Of a stretch of 64,000 nucleotides of DNA, positions 26,753-36,240 are shown piece after piece. The DNA is from a virus. Position 1 is the first letter of the stretch; each line of letters begins with the position of its first letter. The notes beneath the pieces were generated by a model, which was not told the origin of the DNA, did not search any database, and worked only from the letters and a program-made list of their open reading frames with translations. Made by a program: the position numbers and the translations under genes. The DNA lies in the IMG/VR virus record IMGVR_UViG_3300041409_000157, positions 8,117-72,116 of that record. One strand, given 5' to 3'.

Positions 26753-27088
26753 TGGTGCTGACTATTGCTGGTTTCCAAAGTGACGTCAATATGAAATCGT
26801 GTTTCAGGCGAATTATTTGTCGCTGAACCCATCCGGCTTCTCCCCGCGCAAGGATGCGTAGGCGATGGCGATGGAGAGGTAGACGGTCAGCAGGATGCCG
26901 ATGGCGAGGAGGTAGTTCATTTGGAGTCTTGGATGCCAGCTTTGATGAGTGCTTTGACGTATGACTTGCTGAGTGTTCCGTCTGCGTATACATCGCGGCC
27001 AAGCAGTCAGTGATCTCCATCAGTGGAATCCCAGCCTTGCGACACGCCTTCCGCATCTTTTCGAGTTTTCGTTTTGATTCGGTTCTGC

Positions 27089-27393
27089 TCATGGTTTGTC
27101 TTTCTTGAAAATAATCCACAGCGCGAACACGCAGCAGATAAGGCCGCAGGTGATGGCGATGGAGGGATACTGGCCGGGTGGGAGGAAGATGGCGGTCATC
27201 GCTTGTTCCTTCCGGTTATCAAGCCGTAGCAGACCAGTGGAACACACAGCCACCCGAGCCAGATCGAAACCAGCAGCGACCCCATCCAGTTGTGGAACCC
27301 TTCGCGCCCGTATTGGGCTGGGATGTAAGTGGCCAAGAAGTAGGTGGACACTGGAATGGACACCAGATAGTAGATTTCAAGGAAGTCTCTCAT
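27089..27393 (-). other. Two small coupled membrane-protein ORFs (27196-27393 and 27089-27199)
   Basis: Hydrophobic stretches and ATGA couplings. Confidence 0.45.
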
Positions 27394-28103
27394 GGGGTTT
27401 TCGCTTTAGGCTCCGGCTTCACGACATCACAGTAGTCCCGGATGCGCCGGAGGAATGCCTTGGCGCGATCCGTGGAGAGCCGCTCGATGAGGGTCGTCGA
27501 GGAGTCGTTGAACGAGAAGATCACCGGCTTGCGCCGGGAACCGCGCTCATCCAGCGCCACGAAGATCATCTCCTCGACGGTCGGCGTGAGCCTGGATTTG
27601 AACGGGTCGTCCATGTAGAGGATGTCCACCGAGGCGATCCGGCGCATCATCAGGTCGGCGCGCTGCGATTCGTTCATCACCAGCGCGGGCCACCGGGCCA
27701 GATCGTAGGCCGAGAGCGTCAAGAGGGTGCGCCCAGCGCAGAACTCCCGCCGCAGGAGATGCCAGCAGGCGCGGGTCTTGGCCATGCCCGTCTCGCCAGC
27801 CACCACAAGGCCCCGCTGCTGGAACTGCCAGTCCTGCACCTTGTCGAAGAACGCCTTGTCGGGGAGCAATCGGCGGTCCACTGAGAGGAATTCCGATGGG
27901 CAGATAGCCAGCCATGCTGCCTCGCGCTGCCGCCGCTCAAGGTCCAATCGTTCCGCCTTGCGCTGCTCCTCCACGATAGAGTGGCAGGTGGGGCAGAAGG
28001 CTCGCCACGCCACGAACCGGTCGAAGAGCATGGCTCCGGGGGCTTGGAACTCATTGCCGCACTCAGCGCAAGCCTTGGAGTGGTAGATGGGGTCTTCGGT
28101 CAT
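27390..28103 (-). CDS. DnaC/IstB-like helicase loader ATPase
   Basis: N-terminal CxxC..CxxC, Walker A GETGMAKT, ILYMDD, ER..RKPVI. Confidence 0.8.
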   Translation of the reverse strand: MTEDPIYHSKACAECGNEFQAPGAMLFDRFVAWRAFCPTCHSIVEEQRKAERLDLERRQREAAWLAICPSEFLSVDRRLLPDKAFFDKVQDWQFQQRGLVVAGETGMAKTRACWHLLRREFCAGRTLLTLSAYDLARWPALVMNESQRADLMMRRIASVDILYMDDPFKSRLTPTVEEMIFVALDERGSRRKPVIFSFNDSSTTLIERLSTDRAKAFLRRIRDYCDVVKPEPKAKTP

Positions 28104-28672
28104 AGTCCGCTCCCTTCCCAAAAGTCTTTGGAGTGATCGGCTTCAGGTGCCTTCCGGGAAGTGCTGCCAACCTTCCACGTCTCGGGGTCATCGTTGTAAC
28201 GCTGCTGGTTGAACCACGTTGCCGGGTGAGGGGTGAAGGCTGGGTCCTCCTTCGCTCGGGATGCTGCGTAGAGCTTCACCTTTCGCAACAGGCCATCGAA
28301 CTCAATGGTGAGGAGAGCGCGCTTGATGGCCTTCAAGGCTGCCGGTCTACCGACCTTTTTGGGATACTCCGCATAGATCAGCGCGGCGTATTCCGATGCG
28401 CTATCAGTCTTCTTGTTCTGCCGTTTCAGATGCGCCGCCCATGCTCTTGCCGCCCATGGGCGTAATTGCTCCTCGGTTATCGTTTCACCTTCCGCGTTGT
28501 CGAGCAGCCAGCAAGCGAGCCACTCGATGCCGTTGTAGAGGTCGCCGCCCACGGCAGACCCGGCAGACCCAGATGGTGCAGTTAATGAGGACATCGTGAT
28601 CTCGCGGCATCTTCCACCGCAGTAGCCGTCATCTACGACCGACGTTTCATGGCATTTTTCACAATTTCTCAT
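28100..28672 (-). CDS. Replication initiator-like protein (YPKK / HPATW domain) with foreign N-terminal module
   Basis: YPKKVG..AA.KA and HPATWFNQ.R..D motifs; directly upstream of the DnaC-like gene. Confidence 0.7.
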   Translation of the reverse strand: MRNCEKCHETSVVDDGYCGGRCREITMSSLTAPSGSAGSAVGGDLYNGIEWLACWLLDNAEGETITEEQLRPWAARAWAAHLKRQNKKTDSASEYAALIYAEYPKKVGRPAALKAIKRALLTIEFDGLLRKVKLYAASRAKEDPAFTPHPATWFNQQRYNDDPETWKVGSTSRKAPEADHSKDFWEGSGL

Positions 28673-28675
28673 AGC

Positions 28676-28882
28676 TTACAGTCCCTCCACTGCCTGTTGA
28701 ATTGAAAAACACGGAAGCTCTCCATCGCCGCATTGCGGACACTGAAAGTTGTCCCAACACCCCGTCCACCGGACGTGGCACTTGTCGCAATACATGGAGC
28801 GAGAGTATGCCGGATCAACGGCTGAAAAATTGCCAAGATACTTGTAAGATTGATAAGTGGATATGTCATGTGATTCACTCAT
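28676..28882 (-). CDS. Small Zn-finger protein
   Basis: CDKC...W.GC...CPQC; ATGA-coupled. Confidence 0.55.
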   Translation of the reverse strand: MSESHDISTYQSYKYLGNFSAVDPAYSRSMYCDKCHVRWTGCWDNFQCPQCGDGELPCFSIQQAVEGL

Positions 28883-29058
28883 GGCGTCTCCTTCTTCCCG
28901 CCCCACTGCCGCTTCGTCTTCTCCGAAATACTCGCGCACGTTGCCTCATCCAGCCCTTCCCGGCCCATCGGGAGCTTCCCGCACAGGTTGCACCGGCCGG
29001 GGCGTTTCTTGAGGGCCTTGCACTGGGGGCACTTGAAGCGGGTGGAGCGGGGGATCAT
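28879..29058 (-). CDS. Small Zn-finger protein (59 aa)
   Basis: MIPRSTRFKCPQC...CNLCG; not in the ORF track. Confidence 0.45.
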   Translation of the reverse strand: MIPRSTRFKCPQCKALKKRPGRCNLCGKLPMGREGLDEATCASISEKTKRQWGGKKETP

Positions 29059-29063
29059 TTGGG

Positions 29064-29726
29064 TTAGGTTTTGAACTTTCTGACCGGCGTTGATACGGCG
29101 CGCTCATCAGACCAACCGCTTTGAAGTCTTGCGTGAATGACAGCGTAACTGATACCGACGTGATCGGACCACTGAGACGCGGTTTTAGTAATCCCGGAAA
29201 CGGTTACCATGCGATTATTCCGGCGATTGTTTTGCTGTGTCTTGCAGGTGGCCCATCTACAGTTTGAAGGCTCATAGTTGCCGTCCGAATTTACTCGATC
29301 TAGACTCATTCCGTCTGGACGTAGCCCCATGTCATCCCAAAAGTTCTGGAAATCTAACCACCTCTCACAAACTTTTATACCTCGACCTCCATAAACATGG
29401 AATCGATTGTTCTTTTTTCTACGGCACCTTTCCAACATGTTTCTCCATGAGGTTAGCGATCCTCGCATCGCTTGAGACCCGTAGGCTCCGTGAGTCCTGT
29501 GGGACTCGGACTTTCGCTGTCTCTGGTAGCATCCGCATGACCCGCTCAAACCCCTAACCAAGCTTGATGAGTAAATGGATGCAGTTCCGCCGCAATCACA
29601 AACACAATTCCAGTGAACTCTTTCCCCATTTTTCCTGTTAAGATCACGACCAACGACTGTCAGTCGGTGAAATCTTTTCCCAGTTAAATCCAGGAAACTT
29701 GGTTGAGAGCTAAGTTTTTTGTTCAT
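29064..29726 (-). CDS. HNH homing endonuclease-like protein
   Basis: DLTG.RF.RL.V, C.CDCG, SCGC, YGGRGI.VC.RW, SLDR.N..GNYEP.NCRWAT; lower GC; start re-assigned. Confidence 0.9.
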   Translation of the reverse strand: MNKKLSSQPSFLDLTGKRFHRLTVVGRDLNRKNGERVHWNCVCDCGGTASIYSSSLVRGLSGSCGCYQRQRKSESHRTHGAYGSQAMRGSLTSWRNMLERCRRKKNNRFHVYGGRGIKVCERWLDFQNFWDDMGLRPDGMSLDRVNSDGNYEPSNCRWATCKTQQNNRRNNRMVTVSGITKTASQWSDHVGISYAVIHARLQSGWSDERAVSTPVRKFKT

Positions 29727-29729
29727 AAA

Positions 29730-29847
29730 CGAAAAGCCGCCCCGCCCCTCGAAAGTGAACCCGGCGCACGTTGGAGCCGCAGTCGAAGGACAGGACGGTG
29801 AATTCGTTTTCATCGTGCTTTTTGAGGCTGGTTCAGAGCCGGGTTCA
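29730..29847 (-). promoter_or_regulatory. Structured leader / terminator-like stem upstream of HNH
   Basis: 16-bp stem (29737-29752 with 29783-29798) followed by CTTTT; loop complementary to 29838-29847. Confidence 0.55.
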
Positions 29848-30789
29848 ATTTACCGCTGTGGGACGACTTTGCAAGCCCGCTCTCTCAATGAACCGGCTTG
29901 GATGGTGAGACTCAATGGAATGGCTGTAATCGTTGGGCCGCTCTCCGCAGTGAGAAATGAAGAGCCGATTGCGGGCGCGAGTGAACGCCACAAAGCAGAT
30001 GCGGGTTTCTTCTTCCTCGCATCGTTTGGCTGGAAAAATCTCGTCCTCGAAGGCTGGGAGATACACGTCATTGGCTTCCAAACCCTTAAAAGAATGAATG
30101 GTGGACACCCTTACGCCACCACCCACCTGATCCTCCGGCTCCTCCTGAAGCATCGCGCAGGCGAGATCCGCAAGGTCGCTGCCTTCGGGCACGGTTGTGT
30201 GGAGCTTCTCCACGGCTTCGATGGTGGACTGGCTCATGGAAGCGCACGCCATGGCGTGTAAAGCCGCCTCCAGCGTGTTTCCCGGCAGCTTGACCACCTC
30301 GGATACGCTCCCCATCTGCGCTGCCGCTGCTGCCTTGGCCTTGCGTGCTGCCTCCGGTCCTGCCGCCATGGCCACGAAGGCCAGCGCCAGCCGGTCATTC
30401 TCAGGATTCGCGCACAGGCTCACCACGATCTGCGCCTTCTGCCATTCCTCCGGCTTGGCCTTCGCCTTGGGCTCCCGCACAGGAATCCCCGCAGCGCGCA
30501 ACCCCTCCACCCACACGTCCACCAGCTTGTTGGTGCGGAGCAGGACGGCGGCTTCTTCGTATGGGCACGAGCCACCATCTGCGTAGTGCGCTATACATAA
30601 CGCTACAAGGGCAATCTCCTGCTGTTGGCTGAAGCATGTTCCCACCCTGACATCCCCTTCATGGCCCGTGAGGCTAACTGCCTGCATGTCCACCCGGTCG
30701 GGGGTGTGGCGGATGACTGCGTTGGCGGCATCCAGGATGCGCTGGCCGCAGCGGTAGCAGCCGGAGAGTTTGTAGAGGGTGGGTTTCAT
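29845..30789 (-). CDS. UvrD/Rep-family helicase, C-terminal part
   Basis: CYRC (IV), AVLLRTN, TIHSFKGLE (V), EE.R..FVAFTRAR (VI). Confidence 0.85.
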   Translation of the reverse strand: MKPTLYKLSGCYRCGQRILDAANAVIRHTPDRVDMQAVSLTGHEGDVRVGTCFSQQQEIALVALCIAHYADGGSCPYEEAAVLLRTNKLVDVWVEGLRAAGIPVREPKAKAKPEEWQKAQIVVSLCANPENDRLALAFVAMAAGPEAARKAKAAAAAQMGSVSEVVKLPGNTLEAALHAMACASMSQSTIEAVEKLHTTVPEGSDLADLACAMLQEEPEDQVGGGVRVSTIHSFKGLEANDVYLPAFEDEIFPAKRCEEEETRICFVAFTRARNRLFISHCGERPNDYSHSIESHHPSRFIERAGLQSRPTAVN

Positions 30790-31595
30790 ATAGCCTCCAA
30801 GCACATCTTTCCAAACCTCTCCGACGCACCCCTGAAGGACATGATGCGCTGGTCGGCATCCCCACAAAAGTAACGGTTCACCACCGGCATCTCCTCGTAA
30901 ATGCAGAAGTCCATGTCCGAGCTGTCCTGCGCTTCATCTACGACCAGATGCTCAAATTGGAACGGCCACTTCCCGGCACGAATCATCATCAGTCCACAGC
31001 GGAGAATCCCGTCGTAGTCGATCACCCCGGCATCCACCATCTTCTGCTGGTAATAGGCCGCGATGATGTCCACCTTGTCAGCAGGCTCCAGCGCATCCAT
31101 CACCCGCGCCGCCCTCTCCCGCACCTCCTTCAGCGAACCCTTGTAGCGAATCTCCGCCATCGACTCCTTGAGCAGCTCCTCCGCCCCAGCTTCGTTGAGC
31201 ACGCTGGGAGGCGAGGAGTAGCCACAGACGGAGGGGGTCTTGCGGATGGCCTTCAGGAGAAGTTGGTGGAGCGTTCCAGCGTGCGCCAGCTTGAGTGGGC
31301 ATCCTCGGCAGTTGGGACATTGGAACGAATACGCCTCGGGAGATACTCCTGGATCAACGCCCGTAACGACACCGCTTCCACCGCAGGTCTTGCACTGCAA
31401 CCGCTCCTGAATCTCCTTCGCCGCAGCATGGGTGAAAGTCACCACACAGATGCGCTCTGGAGATACGCCGGACTGAATCAGGTGGTGGATGCGCTCGACG
31501 ATGACGCGGGTCTTGCCGCTGCCGGGGCAACTTGACACCACCACGCATGGCTCGGTGGCGGTTACGGCGGCGAGCTGTTCGGGGGAGAGGGTCAT
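30786..31595 (-). CDS. UvrD/Rep-family helicase, N-terminal part
   Basis: LSPEQ, PGSGKT, VTFT..AA.E, VDEAQD, GD.DQ.I..FRGA; contains a CxxCxGxG insertion. Confidence 0.85.
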   Translation of the reverse strand: MTLSPEQLAAVTATEPCVVVSSCPGSGKTRVIVERIHHLIQSGVSPERICVVTFTHAAAKEIQERLQCKTCGGSGVVTGVDPGVSPEAYSFQCPNCRGCPLKLAHAGTLHQLLLKAIRKTPSVCGYSSPPSVLNEAGAEELLKESMAEIRYKGSLKEVRERAARVMDALEPADKVDIIAAYYQQKMVDAGVIDYDGILRCGLMMIRAGKWPFQFEHLVVDEAQDSSDMDFCIYEEMPVVNRYFCGDADQRIMSFRGASERFGKMCLEAI

Positions 31596-31598
31596 TTG

Positions 31599-32375
31599 TT
31601 ATGCCGCATCATCACGCCCTCGCAGTTTCGAGAGCCTTTGAGCAGCGATTGTGCAGTATTCATGGTTGATTTCGATGCCGATGGATTTGCGTCCTTCCAG
31701 ACGAGCGGCCACCAGTGTTGAGCCGACGTCGCAGAACGGGTCGAGCACGGTTTCCCCGATCACGGATGATGATTCGATGAGTTGTCGGAGCAGCATCACT
31801 GGCTTCTCGGTTGGATGCTTTGTCACCGCGCCGCCCTGAGTTCGCTGCACCCTTAACACGCTGCCCTTCCGCATTCTGGCGGACAGGTTTCCATAGCCTT
31901 TGGCGCGGTTCGCGGCACTGAGTTCATACACACCGAAGGTTATCGGCTCGTGCTCCGTTCCCCACGGCGATTGCAGGTCCCCCATGCCGATGATTCCTTT
32001 GTCCCAGATGAGTTCGGTTACTCCGCACAGTGGCAGGTTTCCAATTTCCAGCTTCCCGAAGATGTAGGCGTGTCGGCCTCTGCGGAGTTGGCGGATGGCC
32101 GTTTCCAGCACAGCGAGCACACCGCCCGCATCTACTGCCTTGTCGTTTGCGATGGCATCGAAGCGTTGTTTGCGATTGTTGCTCCGGTATTCCACGCCGT
32201 AGGGCGGGTCAGTCACCAGCACGTCAGCGGTCACGTTTGGCAGCACATCGGCAGCGTCGGCGCAGTAGAGCGTTGTCCATTCGTCCTCGTAGAATGCGGC
32301 ATAACCCGACGCTGGAGCGAATGACTGCCCCGCCACGTTGTCCGCGAGTTCGAGAGTCTGTTGAGGAGTAGTCAT
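31599..32375 (-). CDS. N4/N6 DNA methyltransferase (beta class)
   Basis: TDPPY, HPTEKP, LDPFCDVGST, GIEI. Confidence 0.9.
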   Translation of the reverse strand: MTTPQQTLELADNVAGQSFAPASGYAAFYEDEWTTLYCADAADVLPNVTADVLVTDPPYGVEYRSNNRKQRFDAIANDKAVDAGGVLAVLETAIRQLRRGRHAYIFGKLEIGNLPLCGVTELIWDKGIIGMGDLQSPWGTEHEPITFGVYELSAANRAKGYGNLSARMRKGSVLRVQRTQGGAVTKHPTEKPVMLLRQLIESSSVIGETVLDPFCDVGSTLVAARLEGRKSIGIEINHEYCTIAAQRLSKLRGRDDAA

Positions 32376-34258
32376 ACAGTCCTCACATCCACCAGTTCCA
32401 CGCCCTCCACCCCCTCAAGTTCCTTACCCCGCACAATGCACCCAAGGCATTGCGTGATGACACCCGACTCAATCGCCTTGCGGATGTCCTGGAAGAGCGG
32501 CCCAAGGCGCTTGGCCTCCACGTTGTCCAGATTATCCAGCAGGAGCACCCGCAGCGGAGAACCGCTCGCACCAGCCAGCGCCGCGCACACCGCCGCTGAA
32601 GCAATCATGCGGTCGCTCTCGTTAAAGCTACGCAGGGCGATGAACTTGCGGCCCTTCCACCGGCCGATGCGCTGCTCGTGATACGCCAGCGGGGTTTCGA
32701 GCACGGTCCCGGCGATGGCGTTTGCGCTGGCGAGGATTGGCCCGATGGCTTTGTCCACGGCTTCCGCCTGAAGCTCATCCACCAGCTTCTTCACCTCGCG
32801 CCACGCCTCGGACTCTTTCGCCACGCGGTCAGCCTCCTCCGCTGCCTTGAGCTTGGCGGCAATTTCACCCTTTGCGGCATTGGCTTGGCGGACTTCCAGG
32901 GTGAGGGGCTGGATGCGCTGCTGGAGAGCGACAATCTCGTTCTCGCATTCGTTCAGCCCGCTGTCTGGAGCCAGCTCAACGACGTCAGCCAAAGATTCCA
33001 GCTCCCCGCGCAGGCGTTCAGCCACCCGTTCATCGGCATCCAGTTGCTTCAGATGGTCCTGCAAGACCCGCAGGTCAGCCTTCAGAGCCTCAAACGTGCT
33101 GGCCGCACCGCGCCCAGAGGACTCAAGGTCCTTCACCAGTCGCACTCGTGAAGCATGAGCCTCAACGGAAACCTTCCGCTCCTGCTCCAGCTTCAGAAGC
33201 ACGGCGTCGCTCCACCCCTCGGTGGCGGTGCCGCAGAGCGGGCAGGAAATCTTGTTGTCCAGATGGCTCTGCTTCTTCTCGTTGTCCAGCAGGGCCGCAG
33301 CCAGAGCGGCAATCGTTGCGCGCTCAGTGTGGATGGACAACTTGATCTCGGACACCCTATCTCCTGCGCTGCACACGCACTGCTCAAGTAACGCGATCCT
33401 GACCAGCAGTTCCTCCCGGCGTTCAGTGACTGCCGCACTCCCCGCCAGATGCGTCTCCAGCTCCACCTTCCGGGCATACCGGGTCCACGCCTGCTGGAGG
33501 GCCGATTCCACCGCCTGCTTCCGTGCGGCCAGCTCGGAGAGCTTCCGGTTCAACTCCGCCAGTTGCTTCTCCGCAGCGCTGTTCACGAGCTGCTTGGCTT
33601 GGGCGCGAAGCTGGGTGAGTCCTTCCAGGGTTGCCGTCATGCGCTTGGCCGCAGCCTGCGTCTCGCTGCACCGCTTCTTGGCCACCTCCGCGAAGGTATC
33701 CAGCCATTCAGGTGCCGTGACGCTGCCGCTGAGGGTCTTCCAGTGGTTGAGGATTTCATCCGTCACCTTGATGACGGCTTCCTGCGCGGCAGTGTCGTGC
33801 TCCTTCAACTCCAGCGTGCGCGCCTTGGCAGCCAGCACCGGCCCGAACTTCTCCTCGCAACCGCTCAGGCGGAAGGCCAGCTTCACGCGCTCCCGGTCGG
33901 AGAGCTTGAAGTATTCGCTGGCGTCAATACAGAGGGGGATGACCTTGCCGGGGAGCTTGCCCTGCTCGATGCACTTCACCGTCTTGTCATCGCCACTCCA
34001 AGTGCGGGACATGGAGGTGCCATCGCTGAACACTGCGCTGACCCCCATCGTGGAGCCGCTCCCGTAGGCTTCCAGCAGGTCGCAGTTCATGCGCTTCACC
34101 TCAGCGTTGGGGTGATAGCCGAACAGCGCGAGCGGGACCGCGTCGAGTCGTGCCGACTTGCCGTGCCCGTTGGGGGCGTGGAACACGGTGATTGGCGACA
34201 GTTCGTGTGTGAAGGAAAGACCCTTCAGGCCGGTCGCGGAGATGTGGGTGATGTTCAT
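32372..34258 (-). CDS. SbcC/Rad50-like ATPase
   Basis: Walker A PNGHGKS, coiled coil, Zn-hook CPLCG, Walker B LLLD; true start MNITHI at 34258. Confidence 0.8.
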   Translation of the reverse strand: MNITHISATGLKGLSFTHELSPITVFHAPNGHGKSARLDAVPLALFGYHPNAEVKRMNCDLLEAYGSGSTMGVSAVFSDGTSMSRTWSGDDKTVKCIEQGKLPGKVIPLCIDASEYFKLSDRERVKLAFRLSGCEEKFGPVLAAKARTLELKEHDTAAQEAVIKVTDEILNHWKTLSGSVTAPEWLDTFAEVAKKRCSETQAAAKRMTATLEGLTQLRAQAKQLVNSAAEKQLAELNRKLSELAARKQAVESALQQAWTRYARKVELETHLAGSAAVTERREELLVRIALLEQCVCSAGDRVSEIKLSIHTERATIAALAAALLDNEKKQSHLDNKISCPLCGTATEGWSDAVLLKLEQERKVSVEAHASRVRLVKDLESSGRGAASTFEALKADLRVLQDHLKQLDADERVAERLRGELESLADVVELAPDSGLNECENEIVALQQRIQPLTLEVRQANAAKGEIAAKLKAAEEADRVAKESEAWREVKKLVDELQAEAVDKAIGPILASANAIAGTVLETPLAYHEQRIGRWKGRKFIALRSFNESDRMIASAAVCAALAGASGSPLRVLLLDNLDNVEAKRLGPLFQDIRKAIESGVITQCLGCIVRGKELEGVEGVELVDVRTV

Positions 34259-34260
34259 AA

Positions 34261-34481
<221 letters not shown>

Positions 34482-34485
<4 letters not shown>

Positions 34486-34835
34486 TTCTGACTCCTTGGC
34501 ATTGAGAATGCGACTTGGTGGGCATCCAGCACAGCGCCTCGCCCGATGATTACGCGTGCGGAATTCGGGTATGGCTCCACCTCGGAGAACTCGCCCTTTT
34601 CGATGGCTTGAGCGAAACGCCCATCGTCAGCGATCCACGCGGCGTCAGTGAGCACCAGCTCATGCTCATGCACTTCGACGAGCGTGCCGGTGTAGTGATG
34701 AGTCACGGTGCGGATGAAGTAATTCTTCCCGACAACGTATGGAGACGTGTCGGGTGTAACTGCCTGCTTAGAGATTGGGCCGAACAGGGCCTGCACCTCC
34801 ATGACTTGACCGATGGTGAGTTCAGAGATTTTCAT
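34482..34835 (-). CDS. Sm-like-fold phage protein (DUF6948-like)
   Basis: GK..FIRTVT.H..G.L......L..A.W pattern, commonly followed by low-complexity repeat ORFs in phages. Confidence 0.65.
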
Positions 34836-34865
34836 AAGGTTTCTGTATTACGCAAATCGTTCAGA

Positions 34866-35681
34866 TCAAAACGGAACTTCAGAATCGGCTTCCCCGTTGT
34901 TCGCCTCAGCATCCGCCGCGGCGTGATCCGCGGGCGGCTCATCCTGCTCGGGCTCCGGCTGCGGCGTGCTGGCCGGAGCGGCACCCGTCACAGCCTGCTC
35001 CGTCTTGGTGCGCGCGAAGTATTGCTTGAGGTAGTTCTGGAGGGTGACGTCGAGGGCTTTGGCCTGAGCTTCGGCTTCCTCAGAGGCTGGCGTGAGGGAG
35101 AACACCGGGGTGCGATACTTCACCGCCCCGGTCTTGCCCTCAGCGAAGGCCGTGATGCGGATGGCCTGAAGGTAATACTCCTTGATGTCCGCTTCACCCA
35201 CCCGCCGGGTGGCGCACTTGTAGCGGAACTCCGACCACGCATGGAGCGCGGCACCCTTGAAGCGGATGCTCCCAAGCTGGAGCGGCCCTTTCGGGTCTGG
35301 CCGGTAGGCGATGTAGAGGTTCGCGTTGAAGCGGCCATCCGCAGCGTTCACCACGTCCTTGATCTGGGAGTAGAGGCCGGAGGCGATGACGCCACCCTTG
35401 AAGGACTTCACGACCATCACATCGGCGCGCACGTCACGCACCTCGTTGGAGGTGATGCCACACTTGTGCTTGCCGTCGTAGCCGTCGATGCAGGAAAGCT
35501 CGTCGATGAGCAGGAAGGTGACCGGCAGCGGGACGCGGCGGCGTGCGCCGGGCTTGGCGTCGCCACTGTTCTGGACGGACTTGTCCCAGAAGGAAAGCAT
35601 TCCGCCATCGGCCCCGCCTTCCCACTCGAACCAGCGGGTGCAGGGGTGAATTACTTGTGACTGTGGAGCTGAACGACTCAT
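34866..35681 (-). CDS. Putative single-stranded DNA-binding protein
   Basis: Acidic disordered C-terminal tail ending DSEVPF; in the replication/recombination operon. Confidence 0.65.
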   Translation of the reverse strand: MSRSAPQSQVIHPCTRWFEWEGGADGGMLSFWDKSVQNSGDAKPGARRRVPLPVTFLLIDELSCIDGYDGKHKCGITSNEVRDVRADVMVVKSFKGGVIASGLYSQIKDVVNAADGRFNANLYIAYRPDPKGPLQLGSIRFKGAALHAWSEFRYKCATRRVGEADIKEYYLQAIRITAFAEGKTGAVKYRTPVFSLTPASEEAEAQAKALDVTLQNYLKQYFARTKTEQAVTGAAPASTPQPEPEQDEPPADHAAADAEANNGEADSEVPF

Positions 35682-35709
35682 GTGTTTTGTTTTTTAGGGT
35701 TGCTGAAAA

Positions 35710-36240
35710 CTAGGCCGCGACTTCGATGAGCTTCTTGCCGTTCATGTGGTCGAGCACAAGCTGGAGTGCGGTGCGGGAGGACTTGTCCGAAAGGAGTGCG
35801 TTGACCCGCTGCATAGAGTCGCCGCGCTGCTCCAGCTTTTCGCGGATTTCCTTCACGAGGTCGGCCCGCTCGTAGCGGACCATCTGCTTCTCCAACTTCA
35901 GGCGCTCAATCAGCGCGGCCTTCACATCGCCCGGCAACAGGTTGAAGATTTCGTCGAATTTGACACTCACGTAGCTGACGCCGGAGGTTGAGTGCTGATA
36001 GCCGAGATTGTAAACGATGCTGGCTTCCGGCACAGCGCCACGCTTGAGAACAAACTTCAGCAACGCCTTCTTGATGGAAACGGAGAGCTTTTCGATCTTC
36101 ACCTTCAGGTCAGCGTTTTTTTTGTTGATCTCCTGAATGCGAAGCTGAACAAGCGCCTCGACAATTTCAGACTTGGTGGGCTTGGGTTGGACCGCCTGCT
36201 GGACAGCGGGCGGAATGAATGGTGTGATTGCGGTAGTCAT
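35710..36240 (-). CDS. Hypothetical protein
   Basis: 176 aa, ATGA-coupled. Confidence 0.65.
   Translation of the reverse strand: MTTAITPFIPPAVQQAVQPKPTKSEIVEALVQLRIQEINKKNADLKVKIEKLSVSIKKALLKFVLKRGAVPEASIVYNLGYQHSTSGVSYVSVKFDEIFNLLPGDVKAALIERLKLEKQMVRYERADLVKEIREKLEQRGDSMQRVNALLSDKSSRTALQLVLDHMNGKKLIEVAA

Noticed and set aside
26637-27119. 160-aa ORF as a single real gene
   Set aside because: The C-terminal part overlaps a promoter and the next gene; the region is better explained by short ORFs.
20351-28617. 14-bp match GTGGAAGATGCCGC at about 20351 (+) and 28604 (-)
   Set aside because: Both copies are inside coding regions with no shared context; compatible with chance.
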